A model generated the notes under the pieces. That model made no database searches. It worked only from the letters and a program-made list of their open reading frames with translations, and was not told the DNA's origin. A DNA stretch of 64,000 nt from Chiloscyllium plagiosum (lineage: Eukaryota). A program made the position numbers and the translations under genes. Positions 1 to 13,448 of this stretch are shown in pieces. Location: contig NC_057753.1 in assembly GCF_004010195.1 (NCBI RefSeq), positions 754,330-818,329 on the forward strand, given 5' to 3'. How positions within the stretch are numbered: the first letter of the stretch is position 1; each line of letters starts with the position of its first letter.

Positions 1-1239
1 ATACATCTCCTTGCTTCATCATAAACAGCTGGAGCGACATCTGAACGTATGAGGAATTGCATTGTGAAATAATTTAGGATCAACTAGGTTCGCAGTCTGC
101 TACACACGAGCGTGCTGCAAACCTGAATAATAACAGACAGAAGGCAATTTTTTTGCAGACAGAAAGGTCATCTGATGAACTGAGTGCGTTTTAATTCGAC
201 AAAAGTGACAGTCGTTTGCTCGTTCATTGTTGAGGGCAATGGTCTCAATGATCAGTGTCAACTGGTCTGGATTGAAAATTAGCAAAGCCTTGTCTTTAAT
301 TGTCAATCGGTATCAAAGTGTGTCTTCACTGCATCCGCCAACCAAAACGTGCCAAAAAATCAGTATTCTCCCTTCAATCATTACAAGTGTTGGCTTTTCC
401 CTTCAACTTGAATCGCGAAATTTCCTGATGTCCTCCAATAACATTTATCTGTGTTTCTTCAGATGTCTGATTCTGTCATGTCATATTATTATTTTGAGGT
501 TAGTGAAACATTTGAAGATTGGCACTTCTTTTCTTCATTCAGTTCCATTCCCTACTGCATTCAGCGTTATATTTTCTGCATTACTTTCTTTTTCTATTTT
601 ACTTTGCCACTCTTTTTGCCATCTGGTGATTGCCAGATTTGTTGCCATCCCTTTCCCAGTTCTTTTGTTGAGCTGAAAAAATATCCTCTTTGAAGGACTT
701 CCATATTGTACATACTGTTTTGCCTCCAAATGATTCATTCCAATTCTCTCGGGTAAGACTTGTTTTCAATTCACTCATGCTAGCACTGTTGTATTAGGTA
801 TCTTAGGGCTCCAGCTTTTAGTGTAAATTCTTTAAGGCACTTTATCACCAGATGATATTATGATGAGGTTTCCTAAATTGTCGTCTACTTCAGCATGTTC
901 CACAAAATTCCATAGACATAAATTCAACATGACTTCCTGCATGATTCAACTGAAAAACCTTTAATTAAGAAAATGTGGAACAGGAAATAGGGGCAGTGGT
1001 GGATCATTCAACCCCTCAAACATTTTCCACTATTAAGTAATACCAGATCCCTGATCTGGTATTTCAACACCGACTTTTTGCATTATCTACATATTTCTTT
1101 GTTCTCATAGAACCCAAAATATGTTGACTTCTGTTTTGAATGTATTCAGTGACAGAGTATCAGAGTTATCCCGTGAGAGGAAGTCCAATGTTCTCAAGCA
1201 ATTGAGTGAAGGCGTGTCATAGTTTCATCTAAATTAAAG

Positions 1240-2380
1240 TCATAGTGTTGCACGTCAGGAAACAAACACTTCAGCCCAAATCTATTCCATGCAGATATGG
1301 TAAATTGATCTAGATTAAGTTTTCAACACTTGGACCATATTCTTCTTCACCCTTATTACTCATGAAACAATCGAGTCCCTTTTTAAATGTGGTAATTGTA
1401 CCAGCCTCCACAACTTCCCCTGGCAGCTAATTTCATATTTACACCACCCTCTGGATGAAAAAGGTTGGGCCTAACGTACCTATTAAATCTTTCCCCTCTA
1501 AGCTTTAACCAATTTTGGCCTCCTCTACCCGACGAAAAAAGACCTTGTCTATTTAACATAGACATGCACATCCTGATTTTAGAAGCATCGATAAGGTCAC
1601 CCATATGGTGTCGACGTCCGAGGGAAACCAATCCTACACTATTCACCCTCTCCCTGGAGCTCTAAACTTTCAATCCCAGCAACATCCGTGTCAATGTTTG
1701 CTACATTCTTTTATGGTTAACAGTTTTTTTCCAAAAGCAGGGAGACAAGCATTGAACTCATTTTCCGAAAGTGTCAAAACCAATGTCCTGTACAGCTGTA
1801 TCATGACATCCCAAAGCCATAAATCAATGCACTGACCAATAAAGGCAAGCCAAACAAATGCATTCTTCACTACCCTGTCAACCTGTAACTTAACCTACTA
1901 GCAAGTATGAAACTGAACTCCTAGATCTCCCGAGGACTTCACCATTATATACAAACGTCCAGCCCTGATTTGCCTTTCCAAAATGTATGAAGTTACATTT
2001 ATGTAAATTAATTTTCATCCCGCTTCGCGGCCCTGTGGCCCATCTGATCAGGGTCGCAGTATGCTGTGAAATAACCTACTTCACTCTCCACGACATCAGC
2101 AATTTTGGTACAACCTGTAAACTTAATAATCAATTCTGCTATATGCACATACACAACATTTATTTCGATGACAGAAAATACTGGACGCTGCATGAACCAT
2201 TGCGACACACCACGTGTCGCAGGTCTTAGTCCATAAACGAATCTTCAATATTACGCTCTGTCCCCCACCCAGAAGCCAATTTTGTATCCAACAGCTATCT
2301 TTATCTGGATTCCACGTGTTTTAACATTTGTAACCAAAACTACTATGCAGAAGCATGCAGAACGCCTTGTTGAAGGCCAT
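1240..2380 (-). mobile_element. CR1-like LINE 3' fragment (decayed)
   Basis: Minus-strand remnants of the RT C-terminus (GLVSLGRRHHMGDLID..KI, FKLRGERF-like) followed by the typical shark CR1 3' tail. Confidence 0.75.
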
Positions 2381-2384
2381 TTGC

Positions 2385-5325
2385 TAGAACTGCTCGGGAA
2401 GATTTAAGCAGACAAGGTTTGAGTGTGGCGGAGGGCATGGAGATAGTGAGGAAATAAATAAATCTGAAACCTGTTCAGCTAGGAAGAGGAGCAGGTCAAA
2501 CAGTCAGAGTAGGCATGAACAAGCAGAGAATGAGGTAGGACTGGTTAATAAACCGAATTCACTTTAATGCAAGGAGCCTAATTGGTAAGGCAGATGAACT
2601 TAGAGCATGACTGGGAACAAGAGACTGAGATATAGCGGTTACAGAGATGGACAGGACTGGCAGCTTAATATTCCATAGTACATATGCTCTCAAAATGATT
2701 TTAAGGCGGGCAAGAGAGACGGGGAGTGGAGTTTTTTGATTAAAGATAAAATTTACGCAGTGCTTCGGGAAGATATTCCACGGAAAATATCTAGGGATAT
2801 TTCACGGAAAATCTGAGAAATAAGGAAGGGGCGATCATCTTGTTTGGACTGTACAACAGATACTTCAACATCCACCAAGACATTATCTCAGTTTTCTGTA
2901 AGACTAGCAAGGTGGTCATGGCAGTGGACATTGACTTTTCAAACTGGATTGGGACAGCAATCGTGTTAAGGGCGTGGATACCCAGAATTTAGTTAAGTGC
3001 GTTCATGCAAATGTTCATATTCAGAATGTGGATGTACGTACTAGAGAAAATGCAAAACGTGACTAAAGACTTGGAAATAATGCAATGCAGGTGTCTGAGG
3101 TGTCACTGGAGCAGTACTTTGCGAAAAGCGACCATCATTCGCTTACTTTTAAAATCGTGATGGAGAAGGAGAGACCGGATCTAAACGTTAATGTTCTAAA
3201 TTGTAGGAAGGCCAATTTCAATGGTGTTTGTCAAGAAGAGTCGAAAGTTGATTGACGTGGATATTCGCAGGTAAAGGAATGACTGGAAAATTAGAAGCTT
3301 TCAAAAATGGGATTCCAAAGACAGTGTGCTCCTGTTAGTGTGAAGTGCAAGACTGATATGTGCAGGGAATGCTAGACGACAAGGGAAATTGTGGTTTTGT
3401 TCGAGAAACAGAAGAATACATATTTCAAGTATGGACAACATGGATCGATTTAATCCTTCGAAGAGTATAAAGACAACCAGAGTATACTTAAGATGGAAAT
3501 CAGGAGGGGAACAAGGGGACATGAGACAGGTTTGGCAATTCTGGTTATACGGAATTCACGGTTATGGGGAATCCAAAGAGATGCTGCAAATGTTTAAGTA
3601 CGAAAGAGTAGTAAGGGAAAGAACAGAACTCCTTAAACATCAGCAAAGCTGCCTACGTGTGGAAAAATAGGAGATGAGGGAGGAAGTAAACGAACATTTT
3701 GCATTAGTGTTTACTGTGGAGAAGGAACTAGGGGAAATGAATAGCGACGTCTTGAAAAGTGTCTACAGTACAGAGGAAGAGGTGTTGGACGTCTTAAAAG
3801 GCATGAAAGTGGATAATTCCTCAAGACCTGACACGCTTAAACACTGTCAGAATTTCGGGAAGAGATTGCTCTGTCCATTAGTGAGCTATTTATATTATCG
3901 ATAGCCACAGATGAGGTGCCAAAAGGTTACAGGTAGCTAAATGTGATGCTACTATTTCAGAAAGATGATAAGGAAAAGCCAGGAAAATATATACCAGTGA
4001 GCCAGTCATTGGTGGTAGATAATTTGCTCTCGGGAATCCCGAGGGACAGGATTTACATCTTATTTAGCAAGGTAGAGACTGACGAGGGAGGGTGAACATG
4101 ACATTCTGCGTGGGATAACGGGTCTCACTATTGATTAAGTTTTTTGAGGAAGCAACGGAGAAGATTGATGTGGGAAGAGAAGCGAATGCGATCTTTCTGG
4201 ATTTCAATAACACGTACGACGAGGTTCCTCCTGGGAGAGTATTAGCATTGTTAGATCACAGTAATACAGGTAGAACAGCCGGTTGGATGCAGAACTACTC
4301 GAATGTAGAAGAAACAGGGTGGTGGTGGACGTTTGCTTTTCAGCCTAGAGACCTGTGATAAGCGGTACACCATAAGAATTGGCGTCGGATCCAACACTTT
4401 TGGTCATTTATAAAAATAAATGGATGTGAGTATGGGAGATGTGGATATTAAAATTGCAATTACCATCAAAATTGGAAGTGTTGTGTACACTGAATAGGTT
4501 ACCTTAGCGTAGAAGCGCAGTTTGGTCTGCTGGCCCAATGAACCGAGGCACGGCTGATAGAGTTTATCTTGGTTAAATGTGAGGTGCTGCATTTTGGAAA
4601 GGCAAGTAATTAACTGCACTATTTTGGGGAGTGTTGCACAACGAAGAGACCTTGGATTACAGTTTCACAGTTCCTTGAAAATGAATTCCATGGTAGGATT
4701 GTGAAGAAGGCCTTTGGTTTGTTTGCTTTTATTGGTTAGTGTACTGATTATAGAAGTTGTGATGCCATTCTGCAGCTGGACAGGGCAGTATTGAGAGCAC
4801 ATATGGAATGCTGTACGCAATTCTAGGAAAGATGCTGTGAAACTTGAAAGGGTTCAAAAATAAATCATCAGTTTGTTGCCAGGGTCAGAGCGTGTGTTAT
4901 CTTGGGAGAGGCTGAGGGCTATCTTCCCTGGAGCACCAGAGGTTGAGGTGTGACATTACAGAGGTTTATAAAACCATAAAGGGAATTTTAAGGGTGAACA
5001 GACAAGGTCTTTTTCCTGGATTCGGGGAATTCAAAACCAGATGGCATCAGTTTAACCTGAAAGGGGGAAGATTTAAAAGAGACTGGAGGAGCAATACTTT
5101 CACTCGGAAGGTGTTGCATGGATAGAATGATCTACCAGAGAAGTGGTGGAGTCTGTAACAACCACAACGTTCACAAGGCATCCAGATTGGTATATGATTA
5201 AGAAAGGGTTAGAGGGACTTTGGCCATATGCTGGCAAATGGGAGGAGAGTTATTCAGGATACCTGGTTAGCATGGACAGTAGGAGAGACATGTCTGTTTC
5301 AATACTGCATTGCTCTGGGACTCTA
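2385..5325 (+). mobile_element. CR1-like LINE, long decayed ORF2 (endonuclease-RT) with 3' tail
   Basis: FNARSL(I)GKADEL-type APE start near 2565; LIKFFEEATEKIDVG..IFLDF RT segment (4131-4358); RCDITEVYKTIKG..FKTRWHQF C-terminus. Confidence 0.85.
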
Positions 5326-5359
5326 TACCTCTGTAGTTTTCCAAGTAAGTAATGAGATG

Positions 5360-7680
5360 AAATACTCATTCAGTTTCTCACCCATCTCCTGCAATTCCAC
5401 ACCCTGACAGTCGAGTTGATCTTGAAGTCGCCCTATTCTCTCGCTGCATACTCATTTCGCCTTAATTCATTTGCACATTCTTTTTGGATTCTCCTTAAGT
5501 GTATTGGTCTAAGCTATTCCATGTTCCCTTTTGTCCTTTCATTTCTCTCTTCAGTATACTCCTACCCAGCGTATTCTGCTCAAAGGGTTCACTCGATATC
5601 AGTTGTTAGTACCTTCCATATACCTTCTTATTTTTCTTCATTTGAGCATCAATTTTCCAGTCATCCAGTGCTCCATATGAGTACCAGCCTTGCCCTTTGC
5701 AGTATTAGGAACATGGATTCTCGTTACCTCGTTTTTTGTTTGTCATCCACTTTTCTAACGCCCTTTACTGGGAATAACCTCTTCTAATCAGTTTTTGAAT
5801 ATTCTTGCCTAAAACCATTAAAGTCGGCCATAATCCGGTTTCATTGCTTTAAATCAGGTCGATAATTTCGCATCTAGATGAAACTGAGGACTGAAGATGT
5901 TGGACAGTCAGAGTCGAAACGTCTGCCACTGGAAAATCGCAACTAGCCAGGCAGTATCCGAACAGGAGGATAATCGATGTTTTGGCCATTAGCCATTCTT
6001 CAGACTTGATGAAGGATTTAGGTCCGAAACCTCCAATGTTGTACTCTTCCAATGCTGACTGATCTGCTACGCTTTTCCAGCACCACACCAAATAGTTTTC
6101 CATAGCTATTTAAAATCCAACAGCTCCAAAATACTTCCCTATTGATACCTCAATCACTTGCCCTGCCTTATTTCCCAACACTGTGTCAACTATTGTTCCT
6201 TCCCTAGTAGGTTATTCCACGTACTGAATAAGAAACGTTTATTGAATGCATCACCATCTAAGACCTACACACAGTAGACTTCATTATTCATGTTTGCAAA
6301 GTTAAAGTATCCCATTACAATCCTATTATTTGTATAGATATCTGATATCTCCTGAAAAAAATTCACTTCTCAATTTCTCGTTTCTCATTTTAGGCATAAA
6401 GTACCATCATAATAAGAAGGCAATCCCATCCTTATTTCTCAGTTCCACCCAAAGACATTCATTGCTTGTTGGTCTGGAATATCCTCCCCAAATACAGCTG
6501 TAATACTTTCCTTAACAATAAACGCTTCTCAGCTCCTCTCCTGACCCCTAGCTGTCCTTCCCCTAGCATCCACACCACAGAAAATGAAGCTACCATTTCA
6601 GCCATTAACTGGTCCACGTGAATATTCCTGTCCCATGCTCTCAAACATGATCTCAGTTCATCTAACTTAACTTTCAGGCCTTCTGCGTTGGAACAAATGA
6701 AGCTTAATTTATCACTCTTCGCTCGTTATCTACCTTGCTTTCGTCTGATTTTAATATTCTAGTCGCTCGTGTTCTCAACTGCACCAGCCTCAGACTTATC
6801 TTTGCTCAATATCTCTTTTGCTGCCATCGAATTGCCCCACCTCCTGATTAGAATAACGCCTCTGGAGCGGCACCGACAAACCTCTTCGCCAGAATATTGT
6901 CTCTTTTCCAATACCGTCCTTTTATAAAGGTCATTCTTCCCCAGAGCGATCCTTTTAATCAAAAAATACGAAACCCTGCCCTCTGCAACAACTCCTCAGT
7001 CATGCATTCTTCTGCTCTATTCTTCCATTCATTCTGTCACTAGCATGTGAAACCGGAAGTAATTCAGATGTTACTCCTCTTGTGAATTTACTTTTTGAAC
7101 TTTTGCCGAGGTTCCTTAAATTCTCCCTCCAGAATGGCGTTCCGTTCGCTTCCATGTCATCGTTTATAGCGACCTCCTGCTGTTCCCACTCTGCTTTGAA
7201 AATGTTTTGCACCATGACTGAGGGATTGTGGACCCTGGTTCCAAGTAGGCAATACGCATTCTGATGTTTTGTTATCCGCTGCAAAACTGTCAATTTCTGC
7301 CCCTGATTAATAAGTCTCCTACCACAATTACTTGGAAACTGGCATACCGTTCATTTAAATCGAATCAGTCTCGGTTGACTGTCAGTGCTGCGTCGTCGTG
7401 ACAGTCCATTACCCCTTACATTTTCCAAAACTGCATACTTATTTGAAATGGGGATCACCACAGGAGGCACTTATGCTCGCTGCCTACCGCTCCAACATTT
7501 TCGAGAGGTAACCCATCCACACGACTCTCTGCATTTTTCCTACATACTGAAACTGCCATTCATCACATCCTCAGTTTCCTGTAAATTCTTCATTGCCTCG
7601 AACTGCCACTCCAACTGATCGATGTCATTTGATAGCATTTGTAGCCAAACACACTTCCTGCAGACATAATTATCAGTGCT
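5360..7680 (-). mobile_element. CR1-like LINE 5' part (ORF1 esterase + endonuclease), decayed
   Basis: ORF 7000-7293(-) YCLLGTRV..VQNIFKAEWEQQEV resembles the SGNH-esterase ORF1 of CR1-type LINEs; endonuclease remnants follow. Interrupted by a Penelope-derived insert at about 5885-6090. Confidence 0.7.
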
Positions 7681-8202
7681 CAAAGCCATGCGGCAATATT
7701 GTGGTAAATGCTCACTGTAACTTGGGTGATTATGTCACCGTGAAGCAATCTCGGAGTAACCGTGTATGACAACTCACAAGTTCTCCACTTTAAGCCATAT
7801 GCGCAGTCACTTGATAAAATCAATGAATCGATGGCACTTGGAAAATTCTCAAAATAAAAACGCATGGGGAGTTGATTTTGACTTTATGTTCTCGATACTG
7901 CAAAGGATAGCATTGTTTTCAGTTACTGTTAAATATTTTATGTGTGTTGAATGTTTAACTATCATTGCTTTTCAAGTTACAAAATTCGAGGGAACGTCAT
8001 TCCGAGTGATACAATGTTTCTGCATGAGGATCTATACAATATCCAGAAATTTCAAATTTCTTAAGTTAGTTATTTTGCGTGGATTTTAGCATGTTGTCCT
8101 TTGCGCTAGGTACAACATGAACAGACGAACAAGGAGAGGAAGTTTTCCATTTGGCTCTACTGTCCTGCTTTTCCCTTCAATAAGATCATGGCTGATCTGA
8201 TT

Positions 8203-8889
8203 TTAACCTGAAATTTGCATTTATTTGCCTTCCCCCCTTTCACTTCCTGAATCTATCAAACTCTGACATGAAAAGAGATCAAATAAACTTGCTGCTACTA
8301 ATTTTTCAAAAAGAGACTTCTCAGGATTCACAAAGCTCTGTGAGTGAGAGAGACAGCGAGAGAGAAAGAGACAGAGACAGAGAGAGGTTTGAAGAGAGAA
8401 AGGAATATATATATAGACAGGTAGAGAGGGAGACAGAGAAATGGGAAGAGGGAGATGGAGAGAGAGCGAGACAAAGAGAGAGAAAATCGCCTTATCACTC
8501 CATTAAATAGTTAAAAGCTGATTTTTTTTGTAAATATATTTATTAACCTGAAATTTGCATTTATTTGCCTTCCCCCCTTTCACTTCCTGAATCTATCAAA
8601 CTCTGACATGAAAAGAGATCAAATAAACTTGCTGCTACTAATTTTTCAAAAAGAGACTTCTCAGGATTCACAAAGCTCTGTGAGTGAGAGAGACAGCGAG
8701 AGAGACAGAGACAGAGACAGAGAGAGGTTTGAAGAGAGAAAGGAATATATATATATATAGACAGGTAGAGAGGAAGACAGAGAAATGGGAAGAGGGAGAT
8801 GGAGAGAGAGCGAGACAAAGAGAGAGAAAATCGCCTTATCACTCCATTAAATAGTTAAAAGCTGATTTTTTTTGTAAATATATTTATTA
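8203..8889 (+). repeat. Tandem direct duplication, about 340-bp unit containing (GA)n/(TA)n microsatellite
   Basis: 8203-8542 is repeated at 8543-8889, with 2 substitutions and a 4-nt difference in (TA)n length. Confidence 0.95.
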
Positions 8890-9225
8890 GCAATTTTTTA
8901 ACTTTACAAACATATTAAATTATTGAAAAAATAATCAATCACAAATATCAGTACAATAAAAAGAAAAAAAACCCACAAATTACAATACAACTACTATCTA
9001 CTAACCTACTCTATAATACAAAGCAAACCCTAACACTGTGCAAAGCAATACCAAAAAAAAGAAAGAAAAGCAAAAAAAGGAGAACAAAAAAAACCCACAA
9101 AATACAGAACAGCTATGCTCGGCGCAAGGATCTCCAACAAAGGAACGGGAGCATTGTATACATAACCGTATTAACTCGGGAGACCCCATCCAGGGCCCAG
9201 GACTTGACAAATCTAATCATCCTGG

Positions 9226-11929
9226 TTAAACAAACGCCCTAGTTAGGATAACTAATAAATCTACATCCAAATAACTCAAGTAGGGCTGCCATGTCTTATA
9301 AAAATTGTGTGTTGTGTGGTGCACCATGTTTGTGAAAAAGTCCAAGAGAATGTGCTCCATAATTAATTTCTGCCATCCCAGCAAGTCCGGAGGGTTCTCA
9401 GACACGCAATTCATCTGAATATTCTTCCGCCCACAGTATGCAGGAATATTAAATAGTTTCTTCCCATGCCCGTCTAAAGATGTCAAATTCGGTAGACCCA
9501 GGAGGAGAGATATCGGGTCTACTTTGACTTCAGTCCTCAATATCCTCCCTACCTCTCCCGCCACAGCGCTCCAATAAACACGGAGCCTGTGGCATGTTCA
9601 GGTGCAATGGGTAAGAGTACCTACACTTATTTTACATTTGGGGCAAACTGAAGATGCCCCTTTTTTAAACTTCGCAAGATGGTCTGGTGCCAGATGAGCC
9701 CTCTGCAGAACTTTTAACTGTATTGCACATGTTCTGTTACAGATTGAGATCTTTCGAGTATTCTCCCGTATGTTCTCCCATGTTTCAGAAGAGATCTCCA
9801 CTCCCAGCTCTTGCTCCCAGACCTCACATAACCGGCCGATATCCTGCCAGGCCCTGTCACCCAGCGGGCGATAGAGGGCACTAACCGAAAGGGTGTTTGT
9901 GGAGCGTAGCAACATCCTCTCTGTATCGTGCCTATAGGGCTTAGTGAGAAGCGTAGACTTCTTCTGGATGAAGTCCCTAACGTGAAAAAAATGGAAAAGG
10001 TCTCTGCTGGGCAACCCGTATTCGCGGCTCAGCTGCTCAACAGACATTATAACCTCCTCCTCAAACAAGTCTCCCAAACTAGAAACTCCTCTCGCTGCCC
10101 ATAGTTTGAACCCTAAGTTCATCATCCCTGGTCGGAACCCTGGAATGCCAACTATAGGTGTAATTGGCGAAGTCTTGGATAAACAACCCTCACTCTGACG
10201 CTTCGCCCTCCAAGCCCTGACTGTACTAATGACAATGGGGTTCTGGCAGTGGTCTATAACTGTCCTCATCTTATCCATGAACAATAGGTTAATAAGAGGG
10301 CACTTTGCTTGGGAGGCCCCAATATCCAGCCATATTGAGTTTGGATCGTTACCTACCCAATCACAGTCAAAGGACAGCAGGGATCTCAATTGATACCTTC
10401 TGATGTCTGGGAAAGCAAATCGTCTCTCTCCTTGAGGCAACTGCAATTTAGTAAGTTTGATGAGGGGTCGCCCACGATGCCAGACAAAGGAATCAAACCA
10501 CCCCATAAGCTTCCGCAGCGTTGACCTGGGAAACATTATAAGGAGCATACGCATGGGATAATTCAAACAAAGGACATTCATCTTAATGGGAGATATTCGG
10601 CCCAGCCATGAAATTGGAAGAGCCTCCCATCTCTGGAGATCTCGCCTAATATTGTCAAGCAAATGAGCGAAGTTATTTCGAAATAACAGATCAAACTTGG
10701 GAGTAATAAAAATGTCTAGGTTACGGAACCCTGCCCATGACCACTTAAAAGGGAACTTAGAGCCACCTTCAACTTCTGGCACTTCCTTAAGGTTCCCAAA
10801 GGCACAGCCTGCGATTTTGCAAAGTTAATCTTATATCCTGAAATAGCCCCAAATGAATTGATACATTGTATCAAATGGGGTACGGAGGTGATCGGGTTCG
10901 ATAAAAACAAAAGGACATCATCCGTGTACAGTGTAATCTTGTGTGCCCTCGATCCCACTTATGGAGCAGTTATGTGGACGGTCTGATGAATAACCTCTTC
11001 CAACGGCTCTATAACCAACGTAAACAACAATGGTGAGAGGGGGCAGCCTTGCTGACTACCCCTACCAATTGTAAAATTCACAGACTTCACCCCATTGGTG
11101 ATGGCCGCGGCCAGATGGGGGCGATATAAAACCTTCACCCACCGAGCAAAGACTCCACCCAACCCGAACTGTTCTAAGATATAAAAAGGATACGGCCATT
11201 TCACCTGGTCAAATGCTTTCTCTGCATCTAAGTAAATCACCAACTCCTGAATCGATCGTTGCTGACAAACGTGGACCACATTCAGCAACCTTCTAATATT
11301 ATTAGAGGATCTACAGCCCCTTATAAAGCCTGTCTGGTCCTCTTTAATAATATGGGGCAACACCCTTTCCAATCTCAGAGCCAGGATCCTGGACAGAATC
11401 TTGAAGTCTGAATTTAATAGAGAGATGGGCCTGTATGAGGCACAATCCTCAGGAACATTCCCCTTCTTAAGATTTAAGGAAATATCAGCTTCTCTCAAGG
11501 ATGGTGGTAGGCATTCATGCATATAGGAGTGATTGTACATCTCTAACAACGGCCCTGACAGAATCTCTATAAACCCCTTATAAAACTCACCCGGAAGACC
11601 CTAGGGCTAAGCGCTTTCCCACTCTGAAGTTGCCTATCTGCCTCCTGTATTTCCTGAACTGTCAAGGGAGCATTAAGGAGAGAGGCCTGTCACAAGGTTA
11701 CCCCTGTGAGGTCCAGATGTTTTTAAAAAAGGTCTCCATTTTAGCAATTCTGTCCTCGCAACCTTCAGTCTGATAAAATTCAGAGTAAAAGCTCTGAAAA
11801 GCCGCATTAATCTTTTTAGCATCGTATGTAAGGACCCCAGCGCTGTCTCTGATTGCAATAATGGTTTGGGGAGCACGCTTTTTCCTACTCAGTTATGCTA
11901 CATACTTCCCTGGCCTATCCCCATATTCA
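9226..11929 (-). pseudogene. L1 ORF2p remnant (RT and C-terminal domain; endonuclease absent)
   Basis: ORFs 10959-11549, 10716-10958, 9598-10782 and 9226-9564 form a colinear L1 RT broken by stops and frameshifts; the remnant starts abruptly at EYGDRPGKY. Confidence 0.9.
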
Positions 11930-12094
11930 GGATTAGTGGTGCTGGAAGAGCACAGCAGTTCAGGCAGCATCCGATGAGCAGTAAAAATTGTTGAAGTCCA
12001 CATTGATGCCCTGAGTAAGAAGTGTTCCGAGGCGGAAGATGAGGCGTTCTTCCTCCAGGCCTCTGGTGGTGAGGGAGCGGCGGTGAAGGAGGCC
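11930..12094. mobile_element. Penelope-like element fragment nested in the L1
   Basis: ggattagtggtgctggaagagcacagcagttcaggcagcatcc pseudo-LTR-type start, joined to a minus-strand GIY-YIG C-terminal piece (LEEERLIFRLG...GINVDF). Confidence 0.75.
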
Positions 12095-12566
12095 TCCTAA
12101 AAAAACTACAAGCAAAACCAATTATAGAACCTTGAATGGAAGACTCTTCCCCTGTCTATAGGGGGCTCTCACCCTACCTATCCCCTCTTTCACAGCTCTT
12201 TCAAACCTGGACTGTGCTCCAGCCTTAGGCCAGAAAAAAACAAGGAGACGATCCTTAAACCAAAAGACAAAGTCAGGATGAGCACTCCACCCATTCCAGG
12301 CTTCATGACACCTCTAATTGTGACTAAAAAAGAAGCAGAACAAACAAAAAAAAAGGGAGAGAGACAACAAAGAACATCCACAAAGTTCCCATCAGAAAAT
12401 CCAGTTATTAAAAAAAAGGACCAACTTGTTCCAAAGTCTTTTCCCCCCTTTCCAAAAAGGGGGGAAATTATTTGGGAGAAAGAAAGGAATTAAAAAAAGG
12501 AAGGGGAAACATGGAGAATAATAGAAAAGAGAACAAACATTAACCATATTCTTCAGGCCAATCTGT

Positions 12567-13448
12567 CTATTTTAAAGTGTCGGCAAAGTTTTTAGCCTTA
12601 TCTGCCGAGTCAAATGTATAAACTGAGTCCTCGTGGCTGAAACGAAGTACTGCGGGGTATCTCATGGAGTACTGGATGCCCAGGTTCCTCAGCCTCTTTT
12701 TAACTTCATCGAAGGACTTTCACTTTCAGATTACAGCTGCTGAAAAATCCTGGAAAAATCATGATTTGTGACCCCTCGTAAGCAGCGCCTGCGGATCTTT
12801 TCCCAGGGATCTGGAAGCTTCTATGACGTTTTGCTTGTCCTTATATGAGTGGAAGTGCACAAGGACTGGGCGGGGATGCTGCACCGGCCCTGACCTGTGC
12901 ACTGTAACCAGATACGCCCTTTAAATCTGCAGCCTGTTGGATTCGATGTGAAGGCCCAAAAACTTCAGCAGCCAGCTTTCAAAGGAGCTGACTGGCTGCT
13001 CACCTTCCTCACCTTCAGGGAGCCCAACAATTCGGAGAATTATCCTCCAACCTCGATTTTCGAGGTCTTCAATATGGTTTTGCGAGACTCGCACATCTCG
13101 CTCCAGCACCTGGATCCGACAGGATGAGGACTCTATCGCAGTTTCCGAGGCCTTAGTTCTACCCTCCACCTCCTCCAGCCCCTCCCAGACGCCCTGGATC
13201 TCCTGCTCATTCTTCTGCAGCATGGATGCGATAGGTTGCACCTGGGCACGAATCTCCCCATGGATTTCCTCAATCGCAGCCGCAACTTTCAAGGTAAGTC
13301 TCTCCATCGCCACAGCCAATTCCTGTGAGTCTGTCATGTCCCCGGAGGGTTCACGAGAGGCTGCTGCTGCTGCAGTCTCTGGGGTTGTAGGTGCTGCAGT
13401 GGAGTGTCCTCCCTGCTGCTGTTTGCTTGCTCCTTTTCCCTTTGGCAT
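12567..13448 (-). pseudogene. L1 ORF1p (coiled coil + RRM/CTD), frameshifted
   Basis: MPKGKG...IEDLENRGWRIILRIVGLPEGEEG is the typical L1 ORF1 'ENRxRRxNxRIVGLPEG' motif; it continues in broken frames to FADTLK*. Confidence 0.85.

Noticed and set aside
100-738. Minus-strand ORFs (68 and 67 aa) with CHFC and KPTLVMIE-like pieces
   Set aside because: No recognisable domain or splice structure; many stops in the flanking frames.
8268-8510. Charged ER/DR-rich ORF (and the similar region at 16513-16801)
   Set aside because: Translation of (GA)n microsatellite.
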